From: Felis catus
Lineage: Eukaryota
DNA length: 64,000 nucleotides
Assembly (NCBI RefSeq): GCF_018350175.1
Contig: NC_058368.1
Span: 43,030,001-43,094,000, forward strand
Reading direction: 5' to 3'
The position numbers and the translations under genes were made by a program. Positions 28,500 through 42,941 of the stretch are shown piece after piece; the first letter of the stretch is position 1; every line of letters starts with the position of its first letter. The notes under the pieces were generated by a model. That model was not told the DNA's origin, ran no database searches, and was given only the letters and a program-made list of their open reading frames with translations.

Positions 28500-30236
28500 T
28501 CATCTATTATGAGGCAAACAGAAGTAATCAGACAAGAGCTACTTCATATGCCTCCCAGAAATGCATCAATCTGTGAAAATCCTTATTCATATCTTTATCT
28601 TCTTTCCTTTTACAATGGAAGAACTGTCCTAACTATAGTTTTAGGCCATCTCCTCCTCTGCTGCTATAGAGACAAGTCTCCCTCTTCTCCCGAATGTCTC
28701 TTGCTCAATTGTCCCCATTATCAATTTTTTTATATCTCGCTGAATTATTCATATAGGAATACAACGTACTTTAGAATTTTCTATATTAACAATATCCCTT
28801 GACTCAATATCCTCTACCTATCATCTTACCCTTTTGTTCCCTTGTATTAAAAAAAAAAAGTTCTTGAAAAATTTGACCAAAGAAACTATGACCTCATTTC
28901 ACCTCACCTTCTATCCTCCATCTACCCTAATCTGTCTTCCATCCCCTCAGCTCTATCAAAATCAAAGAGTTCTGTTTTTCCAAATTCAAACCTCAATTCT
29001 GTTTCTATTCTTTCTCTATCATATGCATCAAAAACAGTGATTCTTTTCTTTTTAAGTCATTATTCTTTTGCTTTCCTTTACATAAAATTCATCATTTTGT
29101 CTGCCATCCCTCTTGCACTCCTACCCCATCTTTTGTGCCGGATCCTCTCTCTTGACTCAAATGTTGTATTTTCCATTCTGGGTCTCCTGTTTTCTATCTT
29201 AGCATAATTTTGAGCTTAGCCTATCTAGTTGCACATGTTCCAATACAACACCAATCTCTTTGAAACTGTGGATAAATATCAGACTAATTATGCAACTTCT
29301 CCATTAGGACATAAAATAGTCTAACTTGGCATTTTAAAAAGGGAACACTTGATTTCTTTCCACACTTATATCTTCTCCAGTTTTTAATAATGTGCTAAAT
29401 GGGGTTACATTTCTATATCTACTAAATGGCTCATTCAAAACCAAAAGAGTTATTATTTGCTCATTTATATTTCTCATCCCTACTTCATTCCATCAGCAAA
29501 TGCCATTCCCTCTATTACTTAAAAAAATCTAGACAGTTCAATTTTCTCCATCTCTCCTACCATCCACCTAAATCCACACCACTTCAACACTGACCTTGGA
29601 AATTGCAAGAGCTTTCTAACTTGTCTCCTTATTTCTAGTCTTTTGCTTACAATCCATACTCCACCTATCCCCCTACAACTCTGCATAGCAGCCAGTGACT
29701 ACTTCAAACTAAATCAGACCACTTTACTTACTTTGAATAATTCAGGGGCTTTCTGTTTTTAACTGAAGTAAAATTCAGTCTGCTCTCCCGATTTACAAAG
29801 TGTTACATGAACTGACTTTTATCTATCTGACTAAACTATTCTAAAGCTACTCTCTTGTTTGTCTGATAATTCCAGGGAACAGAATTTGCTTCCTATTTCT
29901 TGAATATGTCAAGCTTGTTTTAGCTTTAGAGTCTTGTCTTTAGTTAGTCCCTCTGTCTGGAATGGGCTCTAGCCTACTGGGATCTCTTTTTTATGCTGAG
30001 GAAGCCTCTCTGAAGCCCATCTAAAGTAACTAATGCCTCTTCTCACTAATTTTTTACTTCCTATGTAGTATTTAATACTAATTATCTATTGTACTTGCCG
30101 AATTTTCCTTTCTACTAAAACGTAAGCTTGTTAAGTATATAGATCTCCACCATTTTTTGACTACTAAATATTCAGTATCTAGAAAATAGCCTGATACCTT
30201 GATTGGGCTTAAAAAATATATATTGAATGAATGAGT
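28500..30236 (+). mobile_element. Long L2 remnant
   Basis: Pyrimidine-rich L2 body ending ATATATTGAATGAATGAG. Confidence 0.65.
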
Positions 30237-30328
30237 TGCAAGTTTGTCTGAAGAATTAATTATACATCTAAAAGTTTTTATTCTGAATATAATCTGTTAC
30301 TCTGTAAATATTCTGTTATAATTAAGAT

Positions 30329-30541
30329 TAGGTATCAGCAAATATATTTCCAAATAGCAAATATTTTTGGTTTTGAGGGCCATATGATTTTTGTTGCAAC
30401 TTTTAAACTCCAGCATAGTAGGACAAAAGCAGCCATAGACAATTGCAAATAGATGGCCATAAATGTGTTTCAATAAGATTTTATTTACAAATATAGTTGA
30501 CAGTTCATTTTGTCCCATGAGCTTCAGTTTGCCAATCCCCA
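30329..30541. mobile_element. hAT-Charlie MITE (MER58A-like)
   Basis: GGTATCAGCAAA...AAAAGCAGCCATAGACAAT...AGTTTGCCAATCCCC, the typical MER58 layout. Confidence 0.8.
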
Positions 30542-31759
30542 AACGAGACTTAACACTTATAATTAAATAATATGCAAAATTATGTCAGATGGACTAATTC
30601 TGGGGGAGAGCTCATGATATTCTGCCGTTTTATCTTATATTTTCAAATATGTTTTCCATTCTTTTCATCTTATTTATCCCTTACAGCTACTATTCCAGTT
30701 TTTACATCATCATTTCTTTCTTCCTTTGAGTATTTTCACTTTCATCCATTCTAACATACTTATTTGTATTTCTCACCCTACCAAGGTACATAATACCACT
30801 TGCTTTTTTTGAAAGGAGGTTTCTTACTTTTGTTAGAGAGATACTTCCCTTCTCATGTGAAAAAGCAACATTTTTATTCTTTCTTGGCAAAGCTCTAACC
30901 ATAGATAGATTCAGCCATTCACTTTTGCAATCTATGGTCCAAGAAACTGAATAAAATTGGAAAAAAATAATCCCTTCTCTGAATATTTGGGTCCATAATA
31001 TAAATGGTGATTAATATTTATTGGGCCTTCATTATTTCCAATCAATTTTACTCTGTTTCTCTTGCCAGCATCTTCTTCCATTCTCCTGAGTAACAATACC
31101 AAAAAGTTTCAACCTTCTTTTATGTCTCATCTCCCTTATTTCCACTCACTCTTGTCAGATGATTTTTTTTTTTGTTTTTTCATCATAGACAAAATAGAAG
31201 TCATCAAATTGGGATTTCCAAGCCTTCTTGAACCAACTTTAAAGTAATTTCCATTTGCAATCATCCTTCTATTCTGACAGAATAAAGTTTAGATGGTTTA
31301 TCTGCTGTTTTGATTCTATTCCTTCCCACCTCCTAAACTTTGTAATGTTGATTATTGTCTCTATCTTCAACATTTTCCTCTCCACTGGAGCTTTTAATTT
31401 CCACATGTTCTAGTTAGTAGTATCAATCAATAAATAATAAATTAATAATATATTGATGATAATAAATGAAAACATTATAATATATGATAAATAATTACAT
31501 AAAATATAAGTCACTCATTTGTACACATTCTATATACAAACTCAGCTCTAACTATTCCTTTCTCACATTTAATTTAGAGTTAACTTTCTCAAAAGAGTTT
31601 TCCAAACTCCTAATAAAACTCTCTCTTATTTACTTTATTTCCCCATATATTCCATCTGGCTGTTTCTGTTAAAGTTACCAATGACATCTAAGTGATATAC
31701 TGAACTAATATACTCAAATGAAAAACTATTTCCCTGAAACCACTTGAGTCTTCCTATTC

Positions 31760-32115
31760 TTATAACATTTTTCCAGGCCCCATTTACCCCAGTTGGAAAA
31801 TTCCACACCACCCCATATTAAAGTAGTAACAACAACCTGTATAGTTCTCAAGGAACCTGCAGGGATCCTTCTGTTCTTACCCACCCCAATCGGTGTCTTA
31901 CTTTGCTGAAAGCTTGTATGTCAAAATGCTTAAAGACTTGCAGTTTATTTTTCCAGAATCACTCCTACTTGCCCTTAGCATGGCTTCATCTGCAAAAGCT
32001 TTATAAATCCCCTTTTCTGTTTAATCTCTTTAAAGCAGTTTCTTTGGAGGCTGTCATCCCTGCTGTGCATCAGCTTATAAAATGAAAACTTTGTTCTTTC
32101 AGATCTCTTTGTTTA
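31760..32115 (+). mobile_element. Probable ancient LTR fragment
   Basis: TATAAA box followed by an LTR R/U5-like segment, inserted within L2 sequence. Confidence 0.35.
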
Positions 32116-33640
32116 TTTTATTGAAATCTTAATTATTTATTTTATCAAAGCCTTAATTATTTATTTTATTTGTTCAGTCTCTTCACATCATTAGATACTA
32201 CTAGACACTCTTTCCTTAAAGCATTTCCTCATGGAAGAAACACTATCTGACTTTTCTGGTTTCCATCTTGCTTCTAGCTGCTCTTTTCGTTTCTACTTCT
32301 AGTTTTTATCACTTTTATCTAATTTCTATATTTTGAGTTCCTTCCAGTTTGGCTTTAATTTCATTATCATTAATCATTCTTCCTAATATACCCTATCCTA
32401 TTTTCCTAACTTCAAGTATAAAATATATCTCTGTGAATCAAAAAGTATATCCTGACATAGTCATTGACAATGACTACCAGAATCACATATCTGTTTTTCT
32501 CTCTGCCCCCTCTGTCAGTTTCACTTCTGTCCATTTATTTTCACTGCCACTTCTCTAGCCCCAGCCACCACCACGTCTATGGAAAAAATGCTTTTACCTG
32601 GCCTCCTCATGGTCTCTCTGGTTCTTCTCCCACCAATCTACATAGATCATCCTCTCTTAAAATCCTAATGGTGTTTCCACGTCTGCCTTGCTTATGCTGA
32701 ATTACCCACATTGAAAGCAGGACTTGGTATATAGTAGGCACTCAATGAATTGTTAAAATAATTATTAAAATAATTAATGAATGACTGAATGGATTTATGA
32801 ATTCTTGACAGTGTAGAGAAAATTTTAACATCTGGATGATAATGAGAGATGCAATCATTCAACCAGTGGATAAAGTTCCTAGTGATCAAAATCTGCACTC
32901 TTTATAAGAAACACTTCTGTGTTCATTTAGGAAAGAAAATCTCTGAGAGTAGAAAACTGTATCTATGATTTAAAAAAAAAAACAACACACTTCTGTTATA
33001 GATGTCATCCATTACCTGCATGAATACAGTATTCCAAAAACCACTGAAAATCATAATAAAACTTGTTAAAGACTTTAGATTCCATCCCTAAATGTTCTAC
33101 TTAACTAGAAGCAAAACACAAAAGAAGATGAATTCTTATGTGTTCACATTTAATATCAATTATTTATATGTAAAAAAATTCTAACAGTTCTGCCATCTTT
33201 ACTCCATTGAATTTCAAGATTTATGTGCAGGATAATAGTGCATTATATGCTCATGCCATTAGATTCATATTTAAAATTTTTGCAAACCATTAAGTAAAAA
33301 CAAAGGAAGAGGTTTTTTTGTTTGTTTGTTTGTTTTGTTATTTGGGTTTTTTTTTTTTTTTGCATATATAGCTGATTAAGTGCATTGTAGTCGCATGTTC
33401 AAGCCATCTGTTTCTCACTGAATTAAACCCCGTTTTCTTTGGCCAAGAAAGGTATTGCAGACTCATGATAAGTGAGTAGCAGAAGTAGCAGTGCCCTGAA
33501 TTTAATGCTGATCAAAATATATTTGCCATTTTCAAAACTATACATTTCTTCAGCAGCTCCTGTTAAAAGCCAAACTGTCTCTAAGCAGACAAGGGGCTCA
33601 AAACTCTTTTAATTCAGATCAGACTGAATAAAACCTTATC

Positions 33641-33659
33641 CCGCCACAAGGGAGCGCTT
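33641..33659 (+). promoter_or_regulatory. Candidate CTCF site
   Basis: CCGCCACAAGGGAGCGCTT matches the consensus TGGCCACCAGGGGGCGCTA at 14/19 positions, with two retained CpGs in unique sequence. Confidence 0.5.
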
Positions 33660-35209
33660 TGCTTTTCTATGGATGACATTGTATCACTTATTCTCTGCAT
33701 TATCCATTAATGAATTCCCTGTACTATAAGTGAGATTATGCATTATTTGAATACCAAGTTGTTGTCATGCATAAAACTAGGATATGGGGAGGAGGGAAAA
33801 CAGTTTTTACTGTGAATGTACTGAGCTACTTAAGTGGCTGTCAAGTGTCCCTCAGTTCAACAAGATCTTTTCTCAGTGTCCCCTGGGAAGTTCAGAACAT
33901 TCCTTTGGAAATGAAAATGTTTTTCTTCCCACTCCTACTGCATTTCTTTGAAGCCCACATACAAGCCATTATTCAAAGAATGAATAATCCTGAAAATTCT
34001 CCCGGGAGTATCATCCTGATGCATACTGAATATAATGCGAGACAGAAGACAGAATGAGGTACCTTTTTGTAAATAGCTGGTGTAGTTAAAAAAAAAAGTT
34101 AAATAAAAAAAGTTTTGCCTCAAATTATGTGTGTGTGTTTATTTCACCATAAGACTGCCAATTTCTTAAAGACATCTGAGGCTGCTAGATTAATCTTTAA
34201 CTATCTTTTATAAACATCATAATCTGTACCATATTTCATCTTCACATTTTCACTATCCTATGCCATTAAGCTGTTTTATGAGGCTTCATAAAGTATATAG
34301 AATATACTTGAAATTGACTGGACGGGAAGGGACTGGGACTGTTCAGAGGAAGGAAAAGAATGTTGTCAAACCAAATCTAAACTATGCAATATTAAAAAAA
34401 ACTGACTCTTAACAATTCAAACTCATTTGAATTATAAAAAAACAGGGGAGATATACCAACACTCAATCATTAACTTGACTAATATAGATTTTACTAAATT
34501 TAACTGTGCTTTTTACAGTAAAAGATGAGAAAAATTTCTCTAACATATTTGGAAATAAATAAAGGTTGCATTCCACAGTAGTGATAACAACTAACATTGA
34601 ATTTATTTTTTTTATTAAAAAAATTGAAAATCTCACAAAGTTCTTTCACAAATAACTCTTCCAGGTTTTTGCTTATGTCATTTAAAACTGGCCTTACACC
34701 CCATTCCCAGGCCCTTTGTATCCCCCTTTCCTGCTTTATTTTTTATCACAACAATTATCTTAATGTGACATACTATATTTCCTTTAGATTTTTTGATTAT
34801 CTTTTGGCTATATCTTTAGGCACTTAAAGAATGTCCAGGTTTTGATCCATTGAAAGATAATGGAATAATTACAAGGAATATGTTGATATGTTGGGACTTA
34901 AATGGGGCTTCCAAGGCAGGTTAGGCTTTGGGAACACAATGAATTAATTTATAGTGAGTTTTTGATGTCTCTTTTTATGGCAATTGTATGATTTACTTGG
35001 TAGCCTTTTGTAGTTCCAACACAACATTTACAGAATTGTGAGGCAGTGTGGCTAATGGAAATGTCTAGGATTTTAGACACACATAGGATATTAATTACTT
35101 TTACTAGTTTAGGCAAACTATTCTATTACCATATCTCTAGAATAAAGGATTTCGACTGGTAATCTTTAATATATCCCTAGCTTTCTTTGATTCTGGACTT
35201 CTATTTATT

Positions 35210-36065
35210 TGTTTATCCATTTTCTTCTTCAGCAAACATTTCGAAAAAGCATGCTATTTGTCAAGGACCTAGGAATAGAGTAGTGAATAAGACAGACAAA
35301 ATTCTGATCTATATTCAAGTAGAAGAATAGCTAACGATGTAAATAAATACATAAGATAGGGATAAAGAAAATAAAGCAGAATAGGAGGATAGGGTGTGTG
35401 GAGATTACCTTAGTGTGGATGATATCAAAAGACATGTGGAAGGATGTAATGTTCGATCTGAAACTGGAATGATGAGGAGCCAGTCATGCGAAGATTTTAG
35501 GCAAAAACATTTCAGGGTGAAAAAAAAATTAACAAATCCTAAATCCCTGGGATAGAAATAAGCTTAGAATATTCAAAGAACAGAAAGAAAGTCTACATGG
35601 TTGATGCAGAGCATGGTAGTGATAATATAAAATATCATAGCCCTAGGCTATGTTGGACTTTGTAGCCTAGAATAAAGAGTTTGAGATTTATTTTAAATGT
35701 AAAGGGAAGCCATTGGACATGTTTAAATGGATGGAGGAATGCATTTGATATCTGGGAAGAATGGATTGTGAGTGAGGCAAGAGTAGAAGCAGAGAGGTTA
35801 GTTAGGAGATTGTTTAATAGAGTTTGAATTAGGGAGGTAACAGTAAAGATGGTGAGAAGCGATACAATTTAGAATAAATTTGATAGAATTTATGGAGTTA
35901 TCTACTGGATTATATGTCAAGTATAAGGGAAGGAGAGGATTCAAGAACACCTGAGGGTGACTTTCAGGACAGAGGTTTTAGTTCTGAGATTTGGAAAGAA
36001 ACAAGCTGGATAGAGAGGTTGTGAGAGCACTTGGCAGTCACTGACATCATCTAAGATGTTTTATT
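35210..36065 (-). mobile_element. L2 remnant
   Basis: L2 3' end in reverse (CAGCAAACATTT...GTGAATAAGACAGACAAA...GGGAAGCCATTGGA). Confidence 0.75.
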
Positions 36066-36974
36066 GCCAGCTAAAGAGTGGAGGTGAAGTACTTGAATAA
36101 GTCTGAATGGCAACTCCTATTATACTTTCATCATTATGGGAGAGTTAAATATGACATTTCCTGTAATAGTTTATTATTTGGCCTCTCCTTTGCTTTTGTT
36201 TCCTTTCTTTTCCTTCCCTTTTCTTTGCTTTGTTTCTTTTCTTTGGTGGTAGTTGTTACAAAAAAAAAAAAAGATATTGGTGATTTTAAAAGTCTGAAAT
36301 ATTGGCCCTGCCCTGAGAGTTCTCCTGATAAACACCTCTCATCTGGAGGACTAGCTAGGAGGTCCAAAGCAAGTGGCTTCTCTGGGAAACTACTTGAGCC
36401 TGATATTGTATGAAAGAAATAAAAAATCAAATTTGAAGGTAAATGATTCTTTTGGGGAGAAACTATGTTAAGCTTATGGGTTCTAGATGAAAATCTTTTT
36501 TATGACCCAACAGCAGCAACCAAAGCCACAAGACATGTCTTAGTGCTGATAAGCACACATTCTCAAGGTTACTTTGATATACATTCTTGCCAAGAATCAC
36601 AGTTGATATATTCTTGAGTTCAAGCCTAATTTTTCTTCTTTTTAAAAAAGCAGTGAGCCTGGTTTTTAGGAAACCAGGAAACCTAGGGACTTGCCAAGGA
36701 GATATTTTGCATAAAATTCAGATTTTACACATCATTAAGAATTTACATTAGTTTAATTCCTATACATGTGAGAATTGTTGCTTGTTTATTTTTGGAGTGG
36801 AGGGAAGTCACGGAGAGGGGGACAGAAGCAGAAACATCTGCCTTAAAGGAGGGAGGGGTTCATGTTCTATTAATACCTACTATGACGACAAACATTGTTA
36901 ACAATGATGAAACCTAATTTTGACTTAATAACATCATTTGAAGTATGATCAACAGGCAGACCTCTCCTAGAATA

Positions 36975-37195
36975 ACAGCTCACACTTACAGAGCACTTAA
37001 TACTTCTCAGGGATTTTGATATGAGTTCTGCATACACTGATTCATTTAATCCTCCCAATAACCATATGGAGTAGGCATTTTGATTATTCTAATTTTAGAG
37101 AAGAAAAACTGAAGCATAGAGAGGTTAAATAAGCTGTGCAGTACATGGTGTTAAGTATTAGAATTGTGATTAAAACCCAGCCTGACTCTTAACCA
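36975..37195 (-). mobile_element. MIR remnant
   Basis: TCATTTAATCCTCCCAATAACC...AAACTGAAGCATAGAGAGGTTAAAT core. Confidence 0.75.
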
Positions 37196-37323
37196 GTATG
37201 AGATTTAGAAACAATGAATAATAGCTGGTACAAGTTTGGAGACAACACTCTTCCAGAAACCTTATAATTCTTTTGTAGTAAAAACGTCCTTTCTAACATA
37301 CATGTGCATAATTGCATGACTTT

Positions 37324-37498
37324 TTTTAAAGTTTATTTATTTATTTTGAGAAAGACAGCGACAGTGGAGGAGGGACAGGGAGAGAGGGAGAGACAGAATC
37401 CCAAGCAAGCTCCGCACTGTTAGCACAGAGCATGATGTGGGTCTTGGACCCACAAAACTGAGTAGTATGATTAACCAACTGAGACACCCAGGCGTTCC
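37324..37498 (-). mobile_element. CAN-SINE with internal deletion
   Basis: SINE body shorter than the other copies. TSD CATGACTTT at 37315 and 37499. Confidence 0.9.
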
Positions 37499-38889
37499 CA
37501 TGACTTTGTTTTTAACAATAATTTTTTTTTCATTTTATTTATTCAGTTAACAAATGTCACCTGAGATCTTTGTTGCAGACTTTTGGGATTCTTCAGTGAA
37601 CAAAAAGATTCTTACCCTCACTGAGTTTACTAAGAGAGCGAGTTGTTGAGAAGCAAGGTTTATTTTCATATTTTCTTAAGACATAGGGAATAACCATCAA
37701 TTAACCTTACAGTGAGTGCCAGGTAGTTCTAAGCCTATAGGGAGAGATTTGACCAAATACATCTCAGAACACTAAGGCATAATCCATTTCAGAGGCTCTG
37801 GCATGTCAGCCCCACACAGACAGGTAATGGTTGTTCTTTAGTACTTGCAGAAGTGAACTGAAATTTTAACCCACTGGAAATCTGTGAGAACTGCATGGAG
37901 GAGGCCATTCTCTCATTAAACATCAATATTGTTTTATGGGAAAGGATTTTTGTTACTTTTTTTTTTTTTTTACTTTCACTATACTTTGTGGTGTCTACAG
38001 GACATTAAATCAAGTTAAGAATTTCTACAGCTCTTGGTTGGTTATGCTTCAGAAGAAAAAAATCATTAATGACAATAATCTTCTGAGACATATTTGGAGT
38101 GAAGAAAGCTACATTTCAGCATTTCTCTGAATTCCTTCCATTTTGGGCTAAGCAGTACAAATGGGTTGCTGAATGGTGTTATTGCATCTTTAGCCACTGA
38201 GAAAACGATATTCTGTGCTGCTCACTTAGATAGGATACTGGGATATCAAATAATCAGACAACCTTTGTGTCTGGAATGTCTTCCTTCAGGTTTTACACAA
38301 TGAACGATTTATTGTGCAGATTAGATAGTGGGTTCACGTAGTGTTTTGCTGTTGTTTTGAAGCGATAACTTTTTAATGTGCTGGTTATTTGTCTTGTTTG
38401 GATGAGGATGCTTATTTATGAATGCTTTGCAAAGACTAGATAGAGGAGGTTGTGTGGTTAAGACAAATCAATAAAAATACACATGCATAAATAAATGAAG
38501 CACATCTGTAAAACTCTTTTTCTAGGACTAGTTAAGGCTTTTGTTTTATTACCTTTAAAATGTTTTCAAAACATTTACAATCATTAGTATTTGATATCTG
38601 AAGCTTGCAGGTTTTTATGCTGCTGCTTGTTTGAGAAGGATAGTGTGAATTCTTAGCAGCACCAACTCAGACATCTCAGAGAGCCATTTTTAGATCTCTT
38701 TTCTTCTCTATTTTTATTAGTAACCTTGTAGCTCAGTATGAGCTCTCCTCTGTGTAAATTGACAACGTGCCAATGCCATAGTGTGAAATTGCACTATGCA
38801 ACTTTGCCCCAAGGAATTTAGCAGCCTGGAGTTGAACTTTGATAAAAATGAATGGATTATTTCTCCCCATTTGGAAAAGCTGAATGGCC

Positions 38890-39075
38890 TGGCATGCAAG
38901 ACATTAGATGGTGAGTCAGAAGGCACAGCCTTGTCACTTACTTGCTGTGTGACCTTGGGCAAATCAATTAACTTCTCTGTGCCTCAGGTTCTCCATCTGT
39001 ATAATGAGAACCATGATACCCACCTTAAAAGGAAGGTGGAAGGATTAATGAGGCAATGTCCATAAAACACATTAA
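38890..39075 (+). mobile_element. MIR remnant
   Basis: GCTGTGTGACCTTGGGCAAATCAATTAACTTCTCTGTGCCTCAG core. Confidence 0.85.
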
Positions 39076-40219
39076 GCTCCATGGAAGAGAAATGCTTTAT
39101 AATTACAAACCATTATTACTGAATTTAAAAGACAGTAAAATGGAACCATTATTTTATCTTCACCTGTAGGAGTTATTTCACCTGTAATAGTATTAGAGAA
39201 AATCTTAAAGTTAAATGGCTTATTTAAAATGCTTGAATTTTTTAAAGATTTCTCATAGTTATACAAAATATCAAAACTTCAGTATAATGGAGCTAAGAAT
39301 TAAACTCTGTATATTGGCAGAATACAAATTAGTAAATATTGAGCTTCAGATGGTTTCATATTTATTCCACTGTGTAGATAACACTGAGTTTAATTCATCT
39401 CAGGGAGATCATTATCTATTTGATCTTTGGAACTTTAAAAGAGAGTGTTTCTAAGATCTCTCCTACTAACCTGCTCTAGTTTTTAGCAAAACAGGCTTTT
39501 AAATTTAACTGAAGAGTTCTTGCTCAATTTAACTGTAATTTTTAAACTCTCAATGGAAAAGAGAATAATCATTTCATACATGACATTAAACTTTTGTATG
39601 CTTAAGGAGAATTGCTAAGTTGCATTTTTGTCTCAATGCTAAATAACTACACTTTATCATTCTTCAGAGGTCCATTTTTTGTTTTTGCGATATTGCTATC
39701 TGTTTCAACTCTGTATCTCCTTCAATTTTTCACTGTACTTCACTATTGCAAGGTCCACACTATGAAGAGATACAGCTTCTACTAGTTTTGCCACCAATAA
39801 GTTTTTGAGCTCTTCATAAGTTACTGAATCTTCCAGTTGGTTAGGTTACTTATTGGCAACCCAAAAAGGGATAGAACAATCATAAGGGTTCTTCCAGCAT
39901 TCACACCCAACATTGCTATATGTTTTTATTTTCCCATTGGCCTATTGAGTATCAATCAGGTGTTCCAGTCCTTTCATATGATTTGACATATTTAATTATT
40001 TCAACAAACCTGTTAACTATATCACCTCTTCTTTATTGATAAGGGAACTGAACTCAACAGGAAGCCCCAGGTTGCTGGTAGTTAAGCCCCTGGCCATTGA
40101 AGTCAGGCAGACTTGGTACTGAATCTAATTAACTCAGTTCCCTAGGTTTCAATTTGTCTATGTGGTCTAATACTTATTTCAAAGGTTTAATGAGTACTAA
40201 ATAATATAGTATGTAAGTA

Positions 40220-40462
40220 CAGTAAAACCTTGGTTTATGAGCATAATTTGCTCTGGAAATCTGCCTTGTAATCCAAAGCACTTGTATATCAAAATGAATT
40301 TTAAGAACCATTGGCTCAGTTGTGCTCATATGATATTCAGAATTCCACATTACTCTTATTGGAAGATATCACTCATTTATAAAAGTTAAAATTTATTAGA
40401 AATGTTTGCTCATCTTGAGGAAAAATCACAGACCAAGTTACTCACAATCCAAGGTTTTACTC
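40220..40462. mobile_element. Tc1/mariner (Tigger-type) MITE
   Basis: TIRs CAGTAAAACCTTGG / CCAAGGTTTTACT(C), flanked by TA on both sides (40218-19 and 40463-64). Confidence 0.85.
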
Positions 40463-40791
40463 TATTCAACATAATGCCTGATATGTTAAACACTTGATGA
40501 TTGGTAGCATCCTGGTTTAATTGTGATTGGGGTTACGGGTAATGTTACTGATTCATCATCCTCAATAACACATCTAGAAGGTAGAGCGATAATTTTGAGG
40601 TAAGTTTGTCCAAAGCCCATATCCAGTCACTATCCAAAAGTATTTAGCTAGGTTTTAAGGTGTCAACAATGAAAGTCTTATTAGAAATAATAGGTCATTT
40701 CTCAGTTTCTTCTCGCCTTCCTTCAAAGTAAATGAGACTACATGAACCGGTTATTGGGCTAAGTTCCTGTTGAGAAATTTGCTTTATTCAT

Positions 40792-40918
40792 TATACATAC
40801 ATATATATGTATATCTATCTCTGTGTGTGTGTGTGTATATATACATATGTATATATATATGTGTGTATATATATGTGTGTGTGTATATATATATATATAC
40901 ATATATAGATATAGATAT
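40792..40918. repeat. Compound (TA)/(TG)/(TAGA) microsatellite
   Basis: Seen directly in the sequence. Confidence 0.9.
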
Positions 40919-41612
40919 AAAACTCAAAAATATTTATGTGTATGTTTAAAAGTTATTTTTTAAAGTTTGATCTTTAATTGACAACCAGTTAATAAGATGT
41001 ATAATAGTAAGTAAGCTAAATAACCAATTATTTCATTTCTTTGTTCATCTGCAGAGTAGTATTTCCATGATGTGTTATCATCATGGAGTACGAAGATTAC
41101 AAAGGCATCTCTTTCTTACCAGACTGTGAGGAATTTCATAGCGGAGATGCCACCTACTTTTTTTTTTTGGTGAATCTCCAATGACTGATATGAATCTTGA
41201 CCCTTAAGAGATGTTCATGAATTTTTAACAAAACTGAATTTTCTTGAGGAGCATGTAGCCAAGTAGGAGGATAAGGCATATACCAATCTGACTCTGATAC
41301 AAAATAAAAGTGTTACGGTTACCATCAAGGAATTTTGCTCATTTTTTTCCTCTATGCCAAGTATTGTTCTTTTTCACATTTCTAAATTCTTCTACTTCAA
41401 TGAAGTAAACATCATTTTACAATGAAGGGAAAATGGGATTCAGAGAGAATAAGATACTTGACTAGAAATGATAAAACTGGATGTGTTATGGGTTAGTTTG
41501 ACTGCCTACACTTGTCCTGCAGGTCTAGAAGGACTACGGGTTGGGTGGGAAGGCAATGAGAATATGAGAAAAGTTCAATTTGACTGGAGAAAGTTGTTCT
41601 GGGTCTCTTTAA

Positions 41613-41837
41613 ACTTTTTTTAAAATTTTTTTCTAGTGTTTATTTATTTTTGAGAGAGCAAGAGACAGAGTGCGATGGAGGAAAGGGCAGAGAGAGAGGG
41701 AGGCACAGAATCTGAAGCAGGCTCCAGGCTCTGATCTGTCAGCACAGAGCCTGACACCAGGCTCGAACTTGTGAACCGCGAGATCATGACATGACCCGAA
41801 GTCTGATGCTTAACCCACTGAGACACCCAAGCGCCCC
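41613..41837 (-). mobile_element. Feline SINE
   Basis: TSD TGGGTCTCTTTAA at 41600-41612 and 41838-41850. Confidence 0.95.
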
Positions 41838-42941
41838 TGGGTCTCTTTAATCTTATCCCCATTCACAAAGGGCCAGAGTAAAACTGACTTTGCCTTTAGA
41901 TAATATAAAGCCAGATTGCTTTGCCTTGCATTTTATGAATCACTCTGTGACCATGAGTCTCTTGCTATTTCTCCTTGTTTTATTTTCTCTTTGTAAAAAA
42001 TTTGGTACTCATATTTGGTTATAAAGTCAGAGATATTCTGGCTCAATTTTTTTCTGGATCAATTTTTTATCGTGATTAGAGATGTGTGGCCCTGGGCAAT
42101 TTTTAAAGCTTTCTGAATTCTAGTTTCTATATCCATGTAGTTGTGATAGTTTTATTTACCTTTTGTTATTTAATGAAGATTAGAAATAATACATAAAATT
42201 TAATAAACATTTTGTCAAGCAGGGATAATAATTATCCTTAGGATAATTTGGGGGATTAAAAAAATAAGGTATATAATGAGAGTGTTTTGTAACATGAGCA
42301 TTTGTATCTGAGAAAAAAGAATCACTGCCACAAAAGTATAAATAATATATATGTTGATTATATATATAGAAAGCCACTCTACACTGCCTAGTGCACAGTA
42401 GCTGCTTGGTAAATATTAACCAGTAGGCCATACAGCTCTATATAAATGCTAAAAATAAGACTATTTTATCACTTTTTATATGCTATTTTAAATATAATAT
42501 ACATATAAAATCAATTCATGATTTTTCATAGATTTTCAGAAAAAGAATGAAACTCCATAATTCTATCATACAGAGACATAGTAGTATAGCTGATGCACAT
42601 ATACACATATGTGCTGAAACATGTGTAACAGTTGCCATACCTGATTTAAATGAATTATTTATGTGCCATTTGACAGTATTTACATCTCTTGACATCAAAT
42701 TGTTATATGTAACATATCACCAAAATTTATTCTTTAACATTTGATTTATTAAAAAAAACTTTTTTCTATTGGATCTGTGCATAAATCTTTGACTTTCCCC
42801 TCATTGTTTACTATAGAAAAATTGCCATCTCCAAAAGTGAAATTGCTGCACTAACAGATATGTAGACTTCTCAAATTTTTTCACACATCATTTCAACATG
42901 CCTTCCAGGAATGTTGTCCTATGGCATTATTCACTTTTTCT

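Noticed and set aside
33935..34123. Short ORFs with possible splice sites on both strands
   Set aside because: Weak or contradictory signals and no recognisable protein similarity.
36658..36678. 8-bp inverted repeat CCTGGTTT/AAACCAGG
   Set aside because: Too short to exceed chance in 64 kb.
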